Below are positions 17,866 through 25,950 of a stretch of 64,000 nucleotides of DNA, one piece after another. The notes below the pieces were generated by a model. It ran no database searches. It saw only the letters and a program-made list of their open reading frames with translations, and was not told the DNA's origin. This DNA is from Bacteroidales bacterium Bact_11 (GTDB lineage Bacteria; Bacteroidota; Bacteroidia; Bacteroidales; UBA932), in assembly GCA_001603505.1 (NCBI GenBank), contig LUZC01000012.1:10725-74724 (forward strand), given 5' to 3'. A program made the translations under genes and the position numbers. How positions within the stretch are numbered: the stretch's first letter is position 1; each line of letters opens with the position of its first letter.

Positions 17866-18549
17866 ATGAACACACGCAGCATCAAAACTTGGGATGAGCA
17901 GGAGCGGCCGCGGGAAAAGATGATGCAGCAAGGCGCTTCTTCCTTGACGATAACCGAACTATTAGCCATCCTGCTGCGCTCCGGCTCGCAGAAGCAGAGC
18001 GCCGTCGACCTGGCCCGGGAACTGCTCTCCGCCACCGGCAACTCCCTCGGAGCCCTTTCCCGGGAAACCCTCCCCCGGCTTACCGCCCTCTGCGGCGTCG
18101 GCCCCGCCAAGGCTGCCTCGGTGGTCGCCGCGTTCGAACTCGGACGGCGGCTGTCGGCCGAAATGCCCGATGACGACCTGACCATCCGGACCTCCGAGAC
18201 CGTCTTCCGGATGATGGGACCGCTCCTGCGCGACCTGCCGCACGAAGAATGCTGGATCCTCTACCTCAACCGCTCGCGAAAACTCATCGGAAAGGAACGC
18301 ATCAGCGCAGGAGGCACCGGCTCCACCGTCATCGACATCAAAATCATCGTCAAAAAAGCGGTTGAACGACTCGCCAGCGGCCTGATCCTGGTCCACAACC
18401 ACCCCTCCGGCAACCCCCTCCCAGGCGAACACGACCGCACCCAGACCGAGGCCCTGAAACGGGCTGCCGCCGTCTTCGACATCGTGATGGTCGACCACGT
18501 GATCATCGCCCGCAAAAAATATTTCAGTTTTTCCGACGAGAATTATTAA
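17866..18549 (+). CDS. radC: RadC-family JAB-domain protein
   Basis: HhH-like N-terminus (ELLAILLRSGS). JAB/MPN motif LVHNHPSGNPLPGEHD. Confidence 0.9.
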   Translation: MNTRSIKTWDEQERPREKMMQQGASSLTITELLAILLRSGSQKQSAVDLARELLSATGNSLGALSRETLPRLTALCGVGPAKAASVVAAFELGRRLSAEMPDDDLTIRTSETVFRMMGPLLRDLPHEECWILYLNRSRKLIGKERISAGGTGSTVIDIKIIVKKAVERLASGLILVHNHPSGNPLPGEHDRTQTEALKRAAAVFDIVMVDHVIIARKKYFSFSDENY

Positions 18550-18573
18550 CTTTAAGGTGTAAAAGCCTTATCC

Positions 18574-19227
18574 ATGAAAATCATCAACCTCGGAGAAACC
18601 CATTCTCTGCTCAATCCCTGTCTGGCACAGATCCGCGACAAAGCGGTTCAAAAAGACAGCCTGCGATTCCGCCGGAACCTGGAACGCATCGGGGAAATCT
18701 TTGCCTACGAAATCAGCAAAAAACTCAACTATATGCAGATAGAGGTAGAGACGCCGCTCGGGATCGCCCAGGAGCAGGTTGTGGCAGACCAGCTCGTGCT
18801 CGCTACGATCCTGCGGGCCGGACTCCCCGTCCATCAGGGGCTGCTGAACTTTTTCGACAACGCGCAGAACGCCTTCGTGGCCGCCTACCGCAAATACGGG
18901 AAAGGCAACGAATGCGACCTGCTGATCGAATACCAGAGCACGCCGCCACTCGACGGAAAGACGCTCATCATCGCCGACGCCATGCTTGCTTCCGGCGCAT
19001 CGATGATCCTCACTTACCAGAGCCTTGTTGAGAACGGTGAACCTGCGCACACGCACATCGTCTGCCCCGTGGCTTCCCGCGACGGCGTGGAGAACCTGTC
19101 GAAGAATCTGCCGCACAAACGCGTGACGCTGTGGGTCGGCGCCATCGACGAGGAACTGACCAACCACTCCTTCATCGTCCCGGGACTGGGCGACGCCGGA
19201 GACCTGGCTTACGGATCCAAGAACTAA
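18574..19227 (+). CDS. upp: Uracil phosphoribosyltransferase
   Basis: 217 aa. PRPP-binding loop LIIADAMLASGASM. C-terminal IVPGLGDAGDLAYG. Confidence 0.92.
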   Translation: MKIINLGETHSLLNPCLAQIRDKAVQKDSLRFRRNLERIGEIFAYEISKKLNYMQIEVETPLGIAQEQVVADQLVLATILRAGLPVHQGLLNFFDNAQNAFVAAYRKYGKGNECDLLIEYQSTPPLDGKTLIIADAMLASGASMILTYQSLVENGEPAHTHIVCPVASRDGVENLSKNLPHKRVTLWVGAIDEELTNHSFIVPGLGDAGDLAYGSKN

Positions 19228-20603
19228 TCGGAAACCACTTCCCCCAGTAACGTGGCCGAGGTGCATGAAAGCACCCGGACATTGACATATTCCCCTGCCT
19301 TGTGTCCGGCAGCCGGGAACACGCAGGTCTTGTTCTGCGACGTTCGTCCCACCAGTTCGACCGCCGATCGCTTGGACGGCCCTTCGATCAGGACCTCGAA
19401 GGTCCTTCCCACGCATTTGCGGTTGTTCTCGAGGGAGATACCGTTCTGAAGAGCGATGATCTCGTTGAGCCGCGCAGTCTTGACGGCCGTGGGCACGTCG
19501 TCGGGATAATGCCGCGACGCCTTCGTGCCGGGGCGTTCGGAATACTGGAACATGAAAGCGCCGTCGTAACGGACCTCCTTGAACAGCGAAATCGTGGCGG
19601 CGTGGTCTTCGTCGGTTTCACCGCTGAAACCGGCAATCACGTCGGTCGTGATGGCGCAGTCGGGCAGGATCTCGCGGATGCGGGCGACACGCTCCAGATA
19701 GTGTGCTCGGGTATACTTTCGATTCATCTTCTCGAGCATCACGTCGCTCCCCGACTGAACCGGAAGATGAATATGCCTGCAGATATTCGCGTGGCGGGCC
19801 ATGGCCTCCAGCACTTCGTCGCCCATGTCTTTCGGATGCGAGGTCGCAAAGCGGACACGCACCTTCGGATTGATACACGCCACCCGCTCCAGCAGCGCGG
19901 CGAAATCTGTTTGCGCGGAAACATCTTCCGGATTGGTCCAGCGGTAGGAATCCACATTCTGGCCGAGCAGGTTGATCTCCTTGTAGCCGGCGGCAATCAG
20001 TGTCTCCGCCTCCCGGACAATGGTCCTGGGATCACGGCTTCGCTCAGCACCCCGCACGAAAGGAACGATACAGTAGGAGCACACGTTATTGCAGCCGCGC
20101 ATGATGGAGATGAATGCGCTGACACCCTCGCGGTCCATGCGGACCGGGGCGATGTCGGCGTAGGTCTCCTCGTGAGAAAGGATGGTGTTGATTTGCTTGC
20201 CCGATGCGGTGACAGCGGCCACCAGACGGGGCAGGTCGCGGTAGGCATCGGGGCCTGCCACCAGGTCGACGGCAGGGTTCTCCAACAACTTTTCCTTCAG
20301 ACGCTCCGCCATACAGCCCAACACGCCAACCACCACACCGCCACGGCGTTTCTTCTCCTGCCGGAACACGTCGAGACGGCCCAGCACCCGCTGTTCGGCA
20401 TTGTCGCGCACGGAGCAAGTGTTGATCAGGATCAGGTCGGCCTCCTCCATCCGCTGACATAGCGAATAGCCGGCCTGCTGCAGGATCGACAGCACCACTT
20501 CGCTGTCGCCCACATTCATCTGGCAACCATACGTTTCAATATAGACATGCAGTCCCTCGGAGCGGAAGACGGGTTTGACGGACACAAAATCAGCGTGGCT
20601 CAT
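19224..20603 (-). CDS. miaB: tRNA (N6-isopentenyl-A37) methylthiotransferase MiaB
   Basis: N-terminal Cys motifs (YGCQMN, NTCSVR). Radical-SAM CNNVCSYC. C-terminal TRAM-like segment. Confidence 0.92.
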   Translation of the reverse strand: MSHADFVSVKPVFRSEGLHVYIETYGCQMNVGDSEVVLSILQQAGYSLCQRMEEADLILINTCSVRDNAEQRVLGRLDVFRQEKKRRGGVVVGVLGCMAERLKEKLLENPAVDLVAGPDAYRDLPRLVAAVTASGKQINTILSHEETYADIAPVRMDREGVSAFISIMRGCNNVCSYCIVPFVRGAERSRDPRTIVREAETLIAAGYKEINLLGQNVDSYRWTNPEDVSAQTDFAALLERVACINPKVRVRFATSHPKDMGDEVLEAMARHANICRHIHLPVQSGSDVMLEKMNRKYTRAHYLERVARIREILPDCAITTDVIAGFSGETDEDHAATISLFKEVRYDGAFMFQYSERPGTKASRHYPDDVPTAVKTARLNEIIALQNGISLENNRKCVGRTFEVLIEGPSKRSAVELVGRTSQNKTCVFPAAGHKAGEYVNVRVLSCTSATLLGEVVSD

Positions 20604-20622
20604 TACTTGTAGAATTTCGCAG

Positions 20623-20630
20623 CAAAGATA
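20623..20630 (-). promoter_or_regulatory. -7 promoter box TAtcTTTG (miaB)
   Basis: The minus strand reads TATCTTTG, 19 nt upstream of the ATG at 20603. Confidence 0.5.
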
Positions 20631-20638
20631 ACTTTTTA

Positions 20639-20646
20639 TATCTTTG
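20639..20646 (+). promoter_or_regulatory. -7 promoter box TAtcTTTG (lipoprotein/SPOR/rpoN unit)
   Basis: TATCTTTG lies back-to-back with the miaB box, 24 nt upstream of the ATG at 20671. Confidence 0.5.
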
Positions 20647-20670
20647 TATAATGTTTGTCAACTGAAAAGA

Positions 20671-21180
20671 ATGAAACGCCTGCTCGTCATCCTATCGGCC
20701 ATCCTGCTGCTCGCCTCGTGCAGCAACGGCTCCAAAGATCCCGTGATCAAGGACTACTGGATCCACCAGATCGGCGGACTGGGATTCGGCCTGGACGGCG
20801 TGACGGCCGACATGAAGCTTGACATCAACATCGAAAACCCTTCCGCCGTGCGTTACACGGTGGAATCGCTGCAGGCCACGCTCTACAAGCAGGCCGACAC
20901 GGCACGCTTCGCCTATGTGGAACTGCAGGAACCCGTTGGCATCGAGCCCCGCAGCGAAGGCATCGTGTCGCTGCCGCTGAGCGTACGGCTTATCCGCCCG
21001 CTGGCCCTGCTGAGCGGTGGTATCGGAACGGACTTTTCTGATTATGAAGCCGATATCGACATGCTGGTCCACAAAGGCGCTTTCAAGAAACACATCCACC
21101 AGAAGCGGGTGCCGCTCGACCGGTTCGAGCACCTGCTCGGTACTGCATCCAAAAATCAGCAAATCAATGAAAAAGAATAG
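20671..21180 (+). CDS. Hypothetical lipoprotein (possibly an LEA_2/WHy-like beta-sandwich)
   Basis: Signal MKRLLVILSAILLLASC. No catalytic motifs recognised. Start taken at the Met preceding the lipobox. Confidence 0.62.
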   Translation: MKRLLVILSAILLLASCSNGSKDPVIKDYWIHQIGGLGFGLDGVTADMKLDINIENPSAVRYTVESLQATLYKQADTARFAYVELQEPVGIEPRSEGIVSLPLSVRLIRPLALLSGGIGTDFSDYEADIDMLVHKGAFKKHIHQKRVPLDRFEHLLGTASKNQQINEKE

Positions 21181-21634
21181 CCTTCTGACCCTCCTGGCGG
21201 TGCTCCTCTTTTCCGTCACCGCCTCGGCGCAAGCCACTGTAGACAGCACGCTGTTGGGCGTTGATATCCTGTCGCTCATCGGCCAGAAAGGTGCAGGTTC
21301 GGCATCCGTCAACCAGTCATACGAAATCCGCACCGCGCTTTCCCGCCACATCTCGGCCAACAGCCACGCCAAGATGCAGGGCTACCGCGTCCGCATCTTT
21401 TTCGACAGCGACCGCACCGCCCGTGCCCAATCGGAAGCCATCGCCCGTAATTTTTCGGAAAAATATCCCGAAGTTCCCGTATACCGTAGCCACGTCAGCC
21501 CGTATTTCAAGGTAACGGTGGGCGATTTCCGCACCCGGGCCGACGCCCAGCGCTTCGCCAGCCGGCTCACCGGCAGCGGCGCGTACAAATATGTCTTCGT
21601 GGTCAAGGAACAAATCAACTACCCCAGTTTCTGA
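21167..21634 (+). CDS. SPOR-domain (peptidoglycan-binding) protein
   Basis: Signal MKKNSLLTLLAVLLFSVTASAQ. C-terminal SPOR-like YRVRIFFDSDRTARAQSEA...FKVTVGDFRTRADAQRFASRL. The ORF-track start at 21017 lies inside the previous gene. Confidence 0.8.
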   Translation: MKKNSLLTLLAVLLFSVTASAQATVDSTLLGVDILSLIGQKGAGSASVNQSYEIRTALSRHISANSHAKMQGYRVRIFFDSDRTARAQSEAIARNFSEKYPEVPVYRSHVSPYFKVTVGDFRTRADAQRFASRLTGSGAYKYVFVVKEQINYPSF

Positions 21635-21635
21635 G

Positions 21636-23042
21636 ATGCTGAAGCAAACACAACAACTCAAGCAGACGCAGAGGCTCTCTCCGCTCCAGATCCAGACCAT
21701 CAAACTGATCGAGCTGCCGGCCCCTGAACTGGAGCAGCGCATCCAGAAGGAGCTGGAAGAGAATCCTGTGCTTGAGGAAGTCGTGGACGATTCGCCGGAA
21801 GGGGAAGAAAAGAAAAACATCTCGCTGAGCGAGTATGGCAGCAGCGACCCGACCCCGTCGTACAAGCTCTATGTCAACAACCAGGGCAAGGACCTCAAGC
21901 CGCAATACAACACCTTCTCCGTGCAGGAGAGTTTCCACCAGAGCCTCGAGGCCCAGCTCGGCTACTGCAAGCTCGATGAACGCCAACGGCAGATCGCCCT
22001 GTTCATCATCGGCATGATCGACGACGACGGCTACCTGCGGCGCGACCTCGAATCGCTCGCCGACGACATCTCGTTCCGGCTCGGCATCGAGACGACCGAG
22101 GAGGAAGTGGAACAGCTGCTGAAACTCATCCAGGAGTTCGACCCGGTGGGCGTGGGCGCACGCGACCTGCGCGAGTGCCTGCTTCTCCAGCTGGCCGCCA
22201 AGAAACAGACGCCTTCAGTCCAACTGGCCACACGGATCCTGCGCGACCATTTCACCGAATTCACCAAAAAGCACTACAGCAAGATCACCGCGCGGCTGAA
22301 CATCACGGAAGACCAGCTCAAGGAAGCCATCGCCGAGATCGTGCGGCTCAATCCCCGTCCCGGCGGACAGATCGACGATTCCTATACCGAGCAGGTACAG
22401 CAGGTAGTCCCCGACTTCCTGGTGGAACTCAAGGATGGAGAACCCGTCATGTCGATGCCCCGCTTCTCCGTGCCTGAACTGAAAGTCAACAAACGTTACG
22501 CCGACGTCCTGATGGAAGCGGCCAACAGCGCCACCCGGGAAAAGAAAGAGGCAGCCAGCTTCGTCAAGCAGAAACTCGACTCGGCCAAATGGTTCATCGA
22601 AGCCATCAAGCAGCGTCACAACACGTTGCAGAACACGATGAACGCCATCATCGACTACCAGCACGATTTCTTCATCGACGGCGACGAGACCAGGCTCAAA
22701 CCGATGGTCCTGCGCAACATCGCCGAAAAGACCGGTCTGGACATCTCCACCATCTCGCGTGTGGTCAACTGCAAATACGTGCAGACACACTTCGGTATCT
22801 ATCCGCTCAAATATTTCTTCTCGGAAGGACTCGTAGCACATGACGGCGAAGAGGTATCCACCCGTGAGATCAAGACCATCCTGACCAACAGCATCGCCGA
22901 GGAAGACAAGCGCAAGCCTTTGACCGACGAGGAACTTGTGGCCGTCCTCAGCGAAAAGGGATACAAAGTGGCGCGCCGTACCGTGGCCAAGTACCGCGAA
23001 CAGCTCAACATCCCCATTGCGCGGCTCCGGAAAGAACTCTAA
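21636..23042 (+). CDS. rpoN: RNA polymerase sigma-54 factor
   Basis: N-terminal Gln/Leu-rich region I (MLKQTQQLKQTQRLSPLQIQ). C-terminal RpoN box ARRTVAKYRE. Confidence 0.95.
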   Translation: MLKQTQQLKQTQRLSPLQIQTIKLIELPAPELEQRIQKELEENPVLEEVVDDSPEGEEKKNISLSEYGSSDPTPSYKLYVNNQGKDLKPQYNTFSVQESFHQSLEAQLGYCKLDERQRQIALFIIGMIDDDGYLRRDLESLADDISFRLGIETTEEEVEQLLKLIQEFDPVGVGARDLRECLLLQLAAKKQTPSVQLATRILRDHFTEFTKKHYSKITARLNITEDQLKEAIAEIVRLNPRPGGQIDDSYTEQVQQVVPDFLVELKDGEPVMSMPRFSVPELKVNKRYADVLMEAANSATREKKEAASFVKQKLDSAKWFIEAIKQRHNTLQNTMNAIIDYQHDFFIDGDETRLKPMVLRNIAEKTGLDISTISRVVNCKYVQTHFGIYPLKYFFSEGLVAHDGEEVSTREIKTILTNSIAEEDKRKPLTDEELVAVLSEKGYKVARRTVAKYREQLNIPIARLRKEL

Positions 23043-23054
23043 TATCCGATCGAT

Positions 23055-23462
23055 ATGACCAAGATGAAAACCATTTACCTGGGCGATCTGCGGTGCGAAG
23101 CCGAACACCTCGACTCAGGCGACAAGATCCAGACGGTCGCGCCCAAGGACAACAACGGCGACGGCAGCCGTTTCTCCCCGACCGACCTGTTCGCCACTTC
23201 CCTCGGCTGCTGCATGCTAACCATCATCGGCATGGCCGCACGGACGCACGGCTTCTCCATCGACGGGACAACCATCACCACCGAGAAGGTGATGGCGGCC
23301 AACCCGCGCCGCGTGGCGGAACTCCGGCTGGAGGTCAAGCTTCCCGAAGGCAGCCACTACTCCGACAAGGAGAAGCGGCTCATCGAGAACGCAGCCAAGA
23401 CCTGCCCGGTGGCGAACAGCCTCCACCCGGATATCAAGAAAATCGTCGAGTTTATCTGGTAA
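23055..23462 (+). CDS. OsmC/Ohr-family protein
   Basis: 135 aa. Two-Cys pattern (SLGCCMLT ... AKTCPVANSL) typical of the OsmC family. Confidence 0.82.
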   Translation: MTKMKTIYLGDLRCEAEHLDSGDKIQTVAPKDNNGDGSRFSPTDLFATSLGCCMLTIIGMAARTHGFSIDGTTITTEKVMAANPRRVAELRLEVKLPEGSHYSDKEKRLIENAAKTCPVANSLHPDIKKIVEFIW

Positions 23463-24938
23463 CTACTCGACGGTCCACTCGCAACCGTCTTTCGTATCTT
23501 TGATCTGCACCCCGAGGGCTTTAAGGTCGTCGCGGATACGGTCGCTCGTGGCCCAGTCCTTGGCGGCTTTCGCCTGTTTGCGGAAATCCACCACCATACC
23601 GATCAGACCGTCGACCAACTTGCCGGAAGCGGCCTCCGCGCCCTCATCCTGCAGGCCCAGCACATCCTGCATCACATCCTGGAAGAGGGAAACCAGCACC
23701 TGACGGTCGTCCGGATTGATGACCAGCGATTTGTCTTTCACACTGTTGACAATGCGGACCGCGTCGAACAGCCCGGAAAGCGCAATGGGCGTGTTGAGAT
23801 CGTCGCATAGTGCCTCGTAGATGCGGTCGGTCAGGCCGGCCACCTCGGCGTTGGCGGGCGCACCCGCGCTGACGGGAAGCGACGGGGCATCCTTGGCCGC
23901 CTGCATCATCCGCTTGAGCCCTTTTTCGGCCGCCTGCAGGGCTTCGTTGCTGAAGTCGAGCGGACTGCGGTAGTGGGCCTGCAGGATGAAGAAGCGCACA
24001 GTCATCGGACTGTAGGCCTGGTCGAGCACCTGGTTGTTGCCCGTGAAGAGTTCGTCGAGCGTGATGAAATTGCCCAGCGACTTGCCCATCTTCTGGCCCT
24101 TGATGGTAATCATGTTGTTGTGCATCCAATAGTTCACGCCGCCCTTGCCGCGGGAAGCCGTGTTCTGGGCCAGCTCGCATTCGTGGTGCGGGAACATCAG
24201 GTCCATGCCGCCGCCGTGGATGTCGAACACCTCTCCGAGATATTTCTCGCTCATGGCCGAACACTCCAGGTGCCAGCCCGGGAATCCTTCGCTCCAAGGA
24301 GAAGGCCAGTGCATGATATGCTCGGGAGAAGCCTTCTTCCACAAGGCAAAGTCGAGCGGGGAACGTTTGTCATCCTGGCCGTCCAGGTTGCGGGTCCCCT
24401 CGCGGGTATCTTCGAGGTTGCGGCCGGAAAGGATGCCGTAGTGGTGCTGCTCGTCGTACTTGGCCACGTCGAAATAGATGGAGCCGTTGCTCTCATAGGC
24501 GTAGCCGGCCTCGAGGATCTTCTGCACAAGAACGATCTGCTCGATGATGTGGCCGGAAGCGCGCGGCTCGATGGATGGCGGCAGGACATTCAGCTTCCGC
24601 ATGGCATCGTGGTAGCGAAGCGTGTAGGTCTGGACAACCTCCATGGGCTCCAACTGCTCCAGGCGGGCCTTCTTTGCAATCTTGTCCTCCCCCGTATCTG
24701 CATCGTTCTCCAGATGGCCTACGTCGGTGATGTTGCGGACATAGCGCACCTTGTATCCCAGCTTCCGAAAGAGCCGGAAGAGCACGTCATAGGTGATACC
24801 CGGACGGGCATGCCCCAGATGGGCGTCGCCATAGACCGTCGGGCCGCAGACATACATGCCGACCATCCCGGGATGGACCGGTTTGAAGAGTTCTTTCCGA
24901 TGCGACAGGGTATTGTAGAGGTAGAAATCTCGAGCCAT
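23463..24938 (-). CDS. cysS: Cysteine--tRNA ligase
   Basis: Class I motifs [15 protein letters not shown] (HIGH-type) and KMGKSLGN (KMSKS-type). 491 aa. Confidence 0.96.
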   Translation of the reverse strand: MARDFYLYNTLSHRKELFKPVHPGMVGMYVCGPTVYGDAHLGHARPGITYDVLFRLFRKLGYKVRYVRNITDVGHLENDADTGEDKIAKKARLEQLEPMEVVQTYTLRYHDAMRKLNVLPPSIEPRASGHIIEQIVLVQKILEAGYAYESNGSIYFDVAKYDEQHHYGILSGRNLEDTREGTRNLDGQDDKRSPLDFALWKKASPEHIMHWPSPWSEGFPGWHLECSAMSEKYLGEVFDIHGGGMDLMFPHHECELAQNTASRGKGGVNYWMHNNMITIKGQKMGKSLGNFITLDELFTGNNQVLDQAYSPMTVRFFILQAHYRSPLDFSNEALQAAEKGLKRMMQAAKDAPSLPVSAGAPANAEVAGLTDRIYEALCDDLNTPIALSGLFDAVRIVNSVKDKSLVINPDDRQVLVSLFQDVMQDVLGLQDEGAEAASGKLVDGLIGMVVDFRKQAKAAKDWATSDRIRDDLKALGVQIKDTKDGCEWTVE

Positions 24939-24966
24939 CGTCTTTCAGTTTTTCCGTTGCAGACTA

Positions 24967-24974
24967 CAAAATTA
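24967..24974 (-). promoter_or_regulatory. -7 promoter box TAatTTTG (cysS)
   Basis: The minus strand reads TAATTTTG, 28 nt upstream of the ATG at 24938. Confidence 0.5.
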
Positions 24975-25034
24975 CGTATTTTTTGGCATACTGTGACAAA
25001 TGGCCCGAGCTTCTTCTCCCTCCGGGGCGCAAAA

Positions 25035-25382
25035 CTACCCGCGGAGGGCGGGCGTATAGGGTTCGAGGCGGCTGGCCACGATTTCGGTGACATTGCGTTC
25101 GGTCCCGTCGCCGGCGGTATAGCGGCGGCTGTGCATCCTGCCCACCACGCTCACGAAACCGCCCTTCCGGATATCCCGGAATTCCATGATGTTCCGGCCA
25201 GCCCAGGCCGAAACGTTGTGCCACGTAGTCTCTTCCTTGAGTTCCCCGTTTTTCCCTCGGAAAGCCTCGTTCGTCGCTACGGAGAACCGGGCGACCTGCG
25301 CGTCGCCCACGCTGAACACCTTCGGGTCGTGTCCCACACGGCCCCGGAGTTCCACTCTGTTCAAAAATTCAGTCTCAATCAT
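25035..25382 (-). CDS. Single-stranded DNA-binding protein paralog, OB-fold only (no acidic tail)
   Basis: NRVELRGRVGHDP...ARFSVATNE...TTWHNVSAWAG...GGFVSVVGRMHSRRY matches the SSB OB fold. 115 aa ending ...PYTPALRG. Confidence 0.78.
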   Translation of the reverse strand: MIETEFLNRVELRGRVGHDPKVFSVGDAQVARFSVATNEAFRGKNGELKEETTWHNVSAWAGRNIMEFRDIRKGGFVSVVGRMHSRRYTAGDGTERNVTEIVASRLEPYTPALRG

Positions 25383-25554
25383 ACTTCACATGGTTTTCGT
25401 TCCGGCCGCAAAGTAAATACAGGGAAGAGGACGTATCCAGCCTCTAAACGTTTATAAACGGGTAAAAACGGATTCAGAAAAAAACGGATTTCCCGCGTTT
25501 TTTCAAGAAACGGTTAATCCTTCCTCCGAGTTTTTTTTCGCAGTGGCCGTATAT

Positions 25555-25562
25555 TATCTTTG
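25555..25562 (+). promoter_or_regulatory. -7 promoter box TAtcTTTG (zinc-ribbon protein gene)
   Basis: TATCTTTG lies 18 nt upstream of the ATG at 25581. Confidence 0.5.
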
Positions 25563-25580
25563 TGGGAAAACTGAGGGGCC

Positions 25581-25934
25581 ATGGAACGACACTGTCTCCG
25601 ATGCGGAGCCCCTTTCCAGGGGCGCATCGACAAGAAATTCTGCTGCGACGACTGCCGGACGGACTGGAACAACGAGCGCCGCCGCGAGCGCGACAAGAAA
25701 CTGCGGGAAATCAACCGCATCCTTTCGGCCAACTGGAAGGTGCTCTCCGACGAACTGCGGGCCGGACACTACCGCCTTCCCGCCGCGGAACTCTCCGCCC
25801 GCAACTTCAACTTCCAGATTTACACCACCTCGGAACGCCGGTTTCCCGGGGGCCGCACCTACTGGTGCTACAATCTGGCCTACCGTGTCTCCTGGTCGGG
25901 ATCGGTTCGGATCCTGACCAGGCTGTCGGAATAA
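25581..25934 (+). CDS. Hypothetical protein with an N-terminal CxxC...CxxC zinc ribbon
   Basis: MERHCLRCGAPFQGRIDKKFCCDDCRTDWNNERRRER, then an uncharacterised ~75-aa domain. Codon usage resembles the neighbouring genes. Confidence 0.6.
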   Translation: MERHCLRCGAPFQGRIDKKFCCDDCRTDWNNERRRERDKKLREINRILSANWKVLSDELRAGHYRLPAAELSARNFNFQIYTTSERRFPGGRTYWCYNLAYRVSWSGSVRILTRLSE

Positions 25935-25938
25935 TGTG

Positions 25939-25946
25939 TATCTTTG
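25939..25946 (+). promoter_or_regulatory. -7 promoter box TAtcTTTG (M3 peptidase gene)
   Basis: TATCTTTG ends 4 nt before the ATG at 25951, which supports that start and a leaderless mRNA. Confidence 0.5.
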
Positions 25947-25950
25947 GATT

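Noticed and set aside
18569-18577. TTATCCATG resembling a DnaA box (TTATCCACA), and other isolated near-matches, considered as a possible origin.
   Set aside because: It is a single imperfect match overlapping the upp start codon. There is no cluster of boxes, no AT-rich unwinding element and no dnaA/dnaN nearby.
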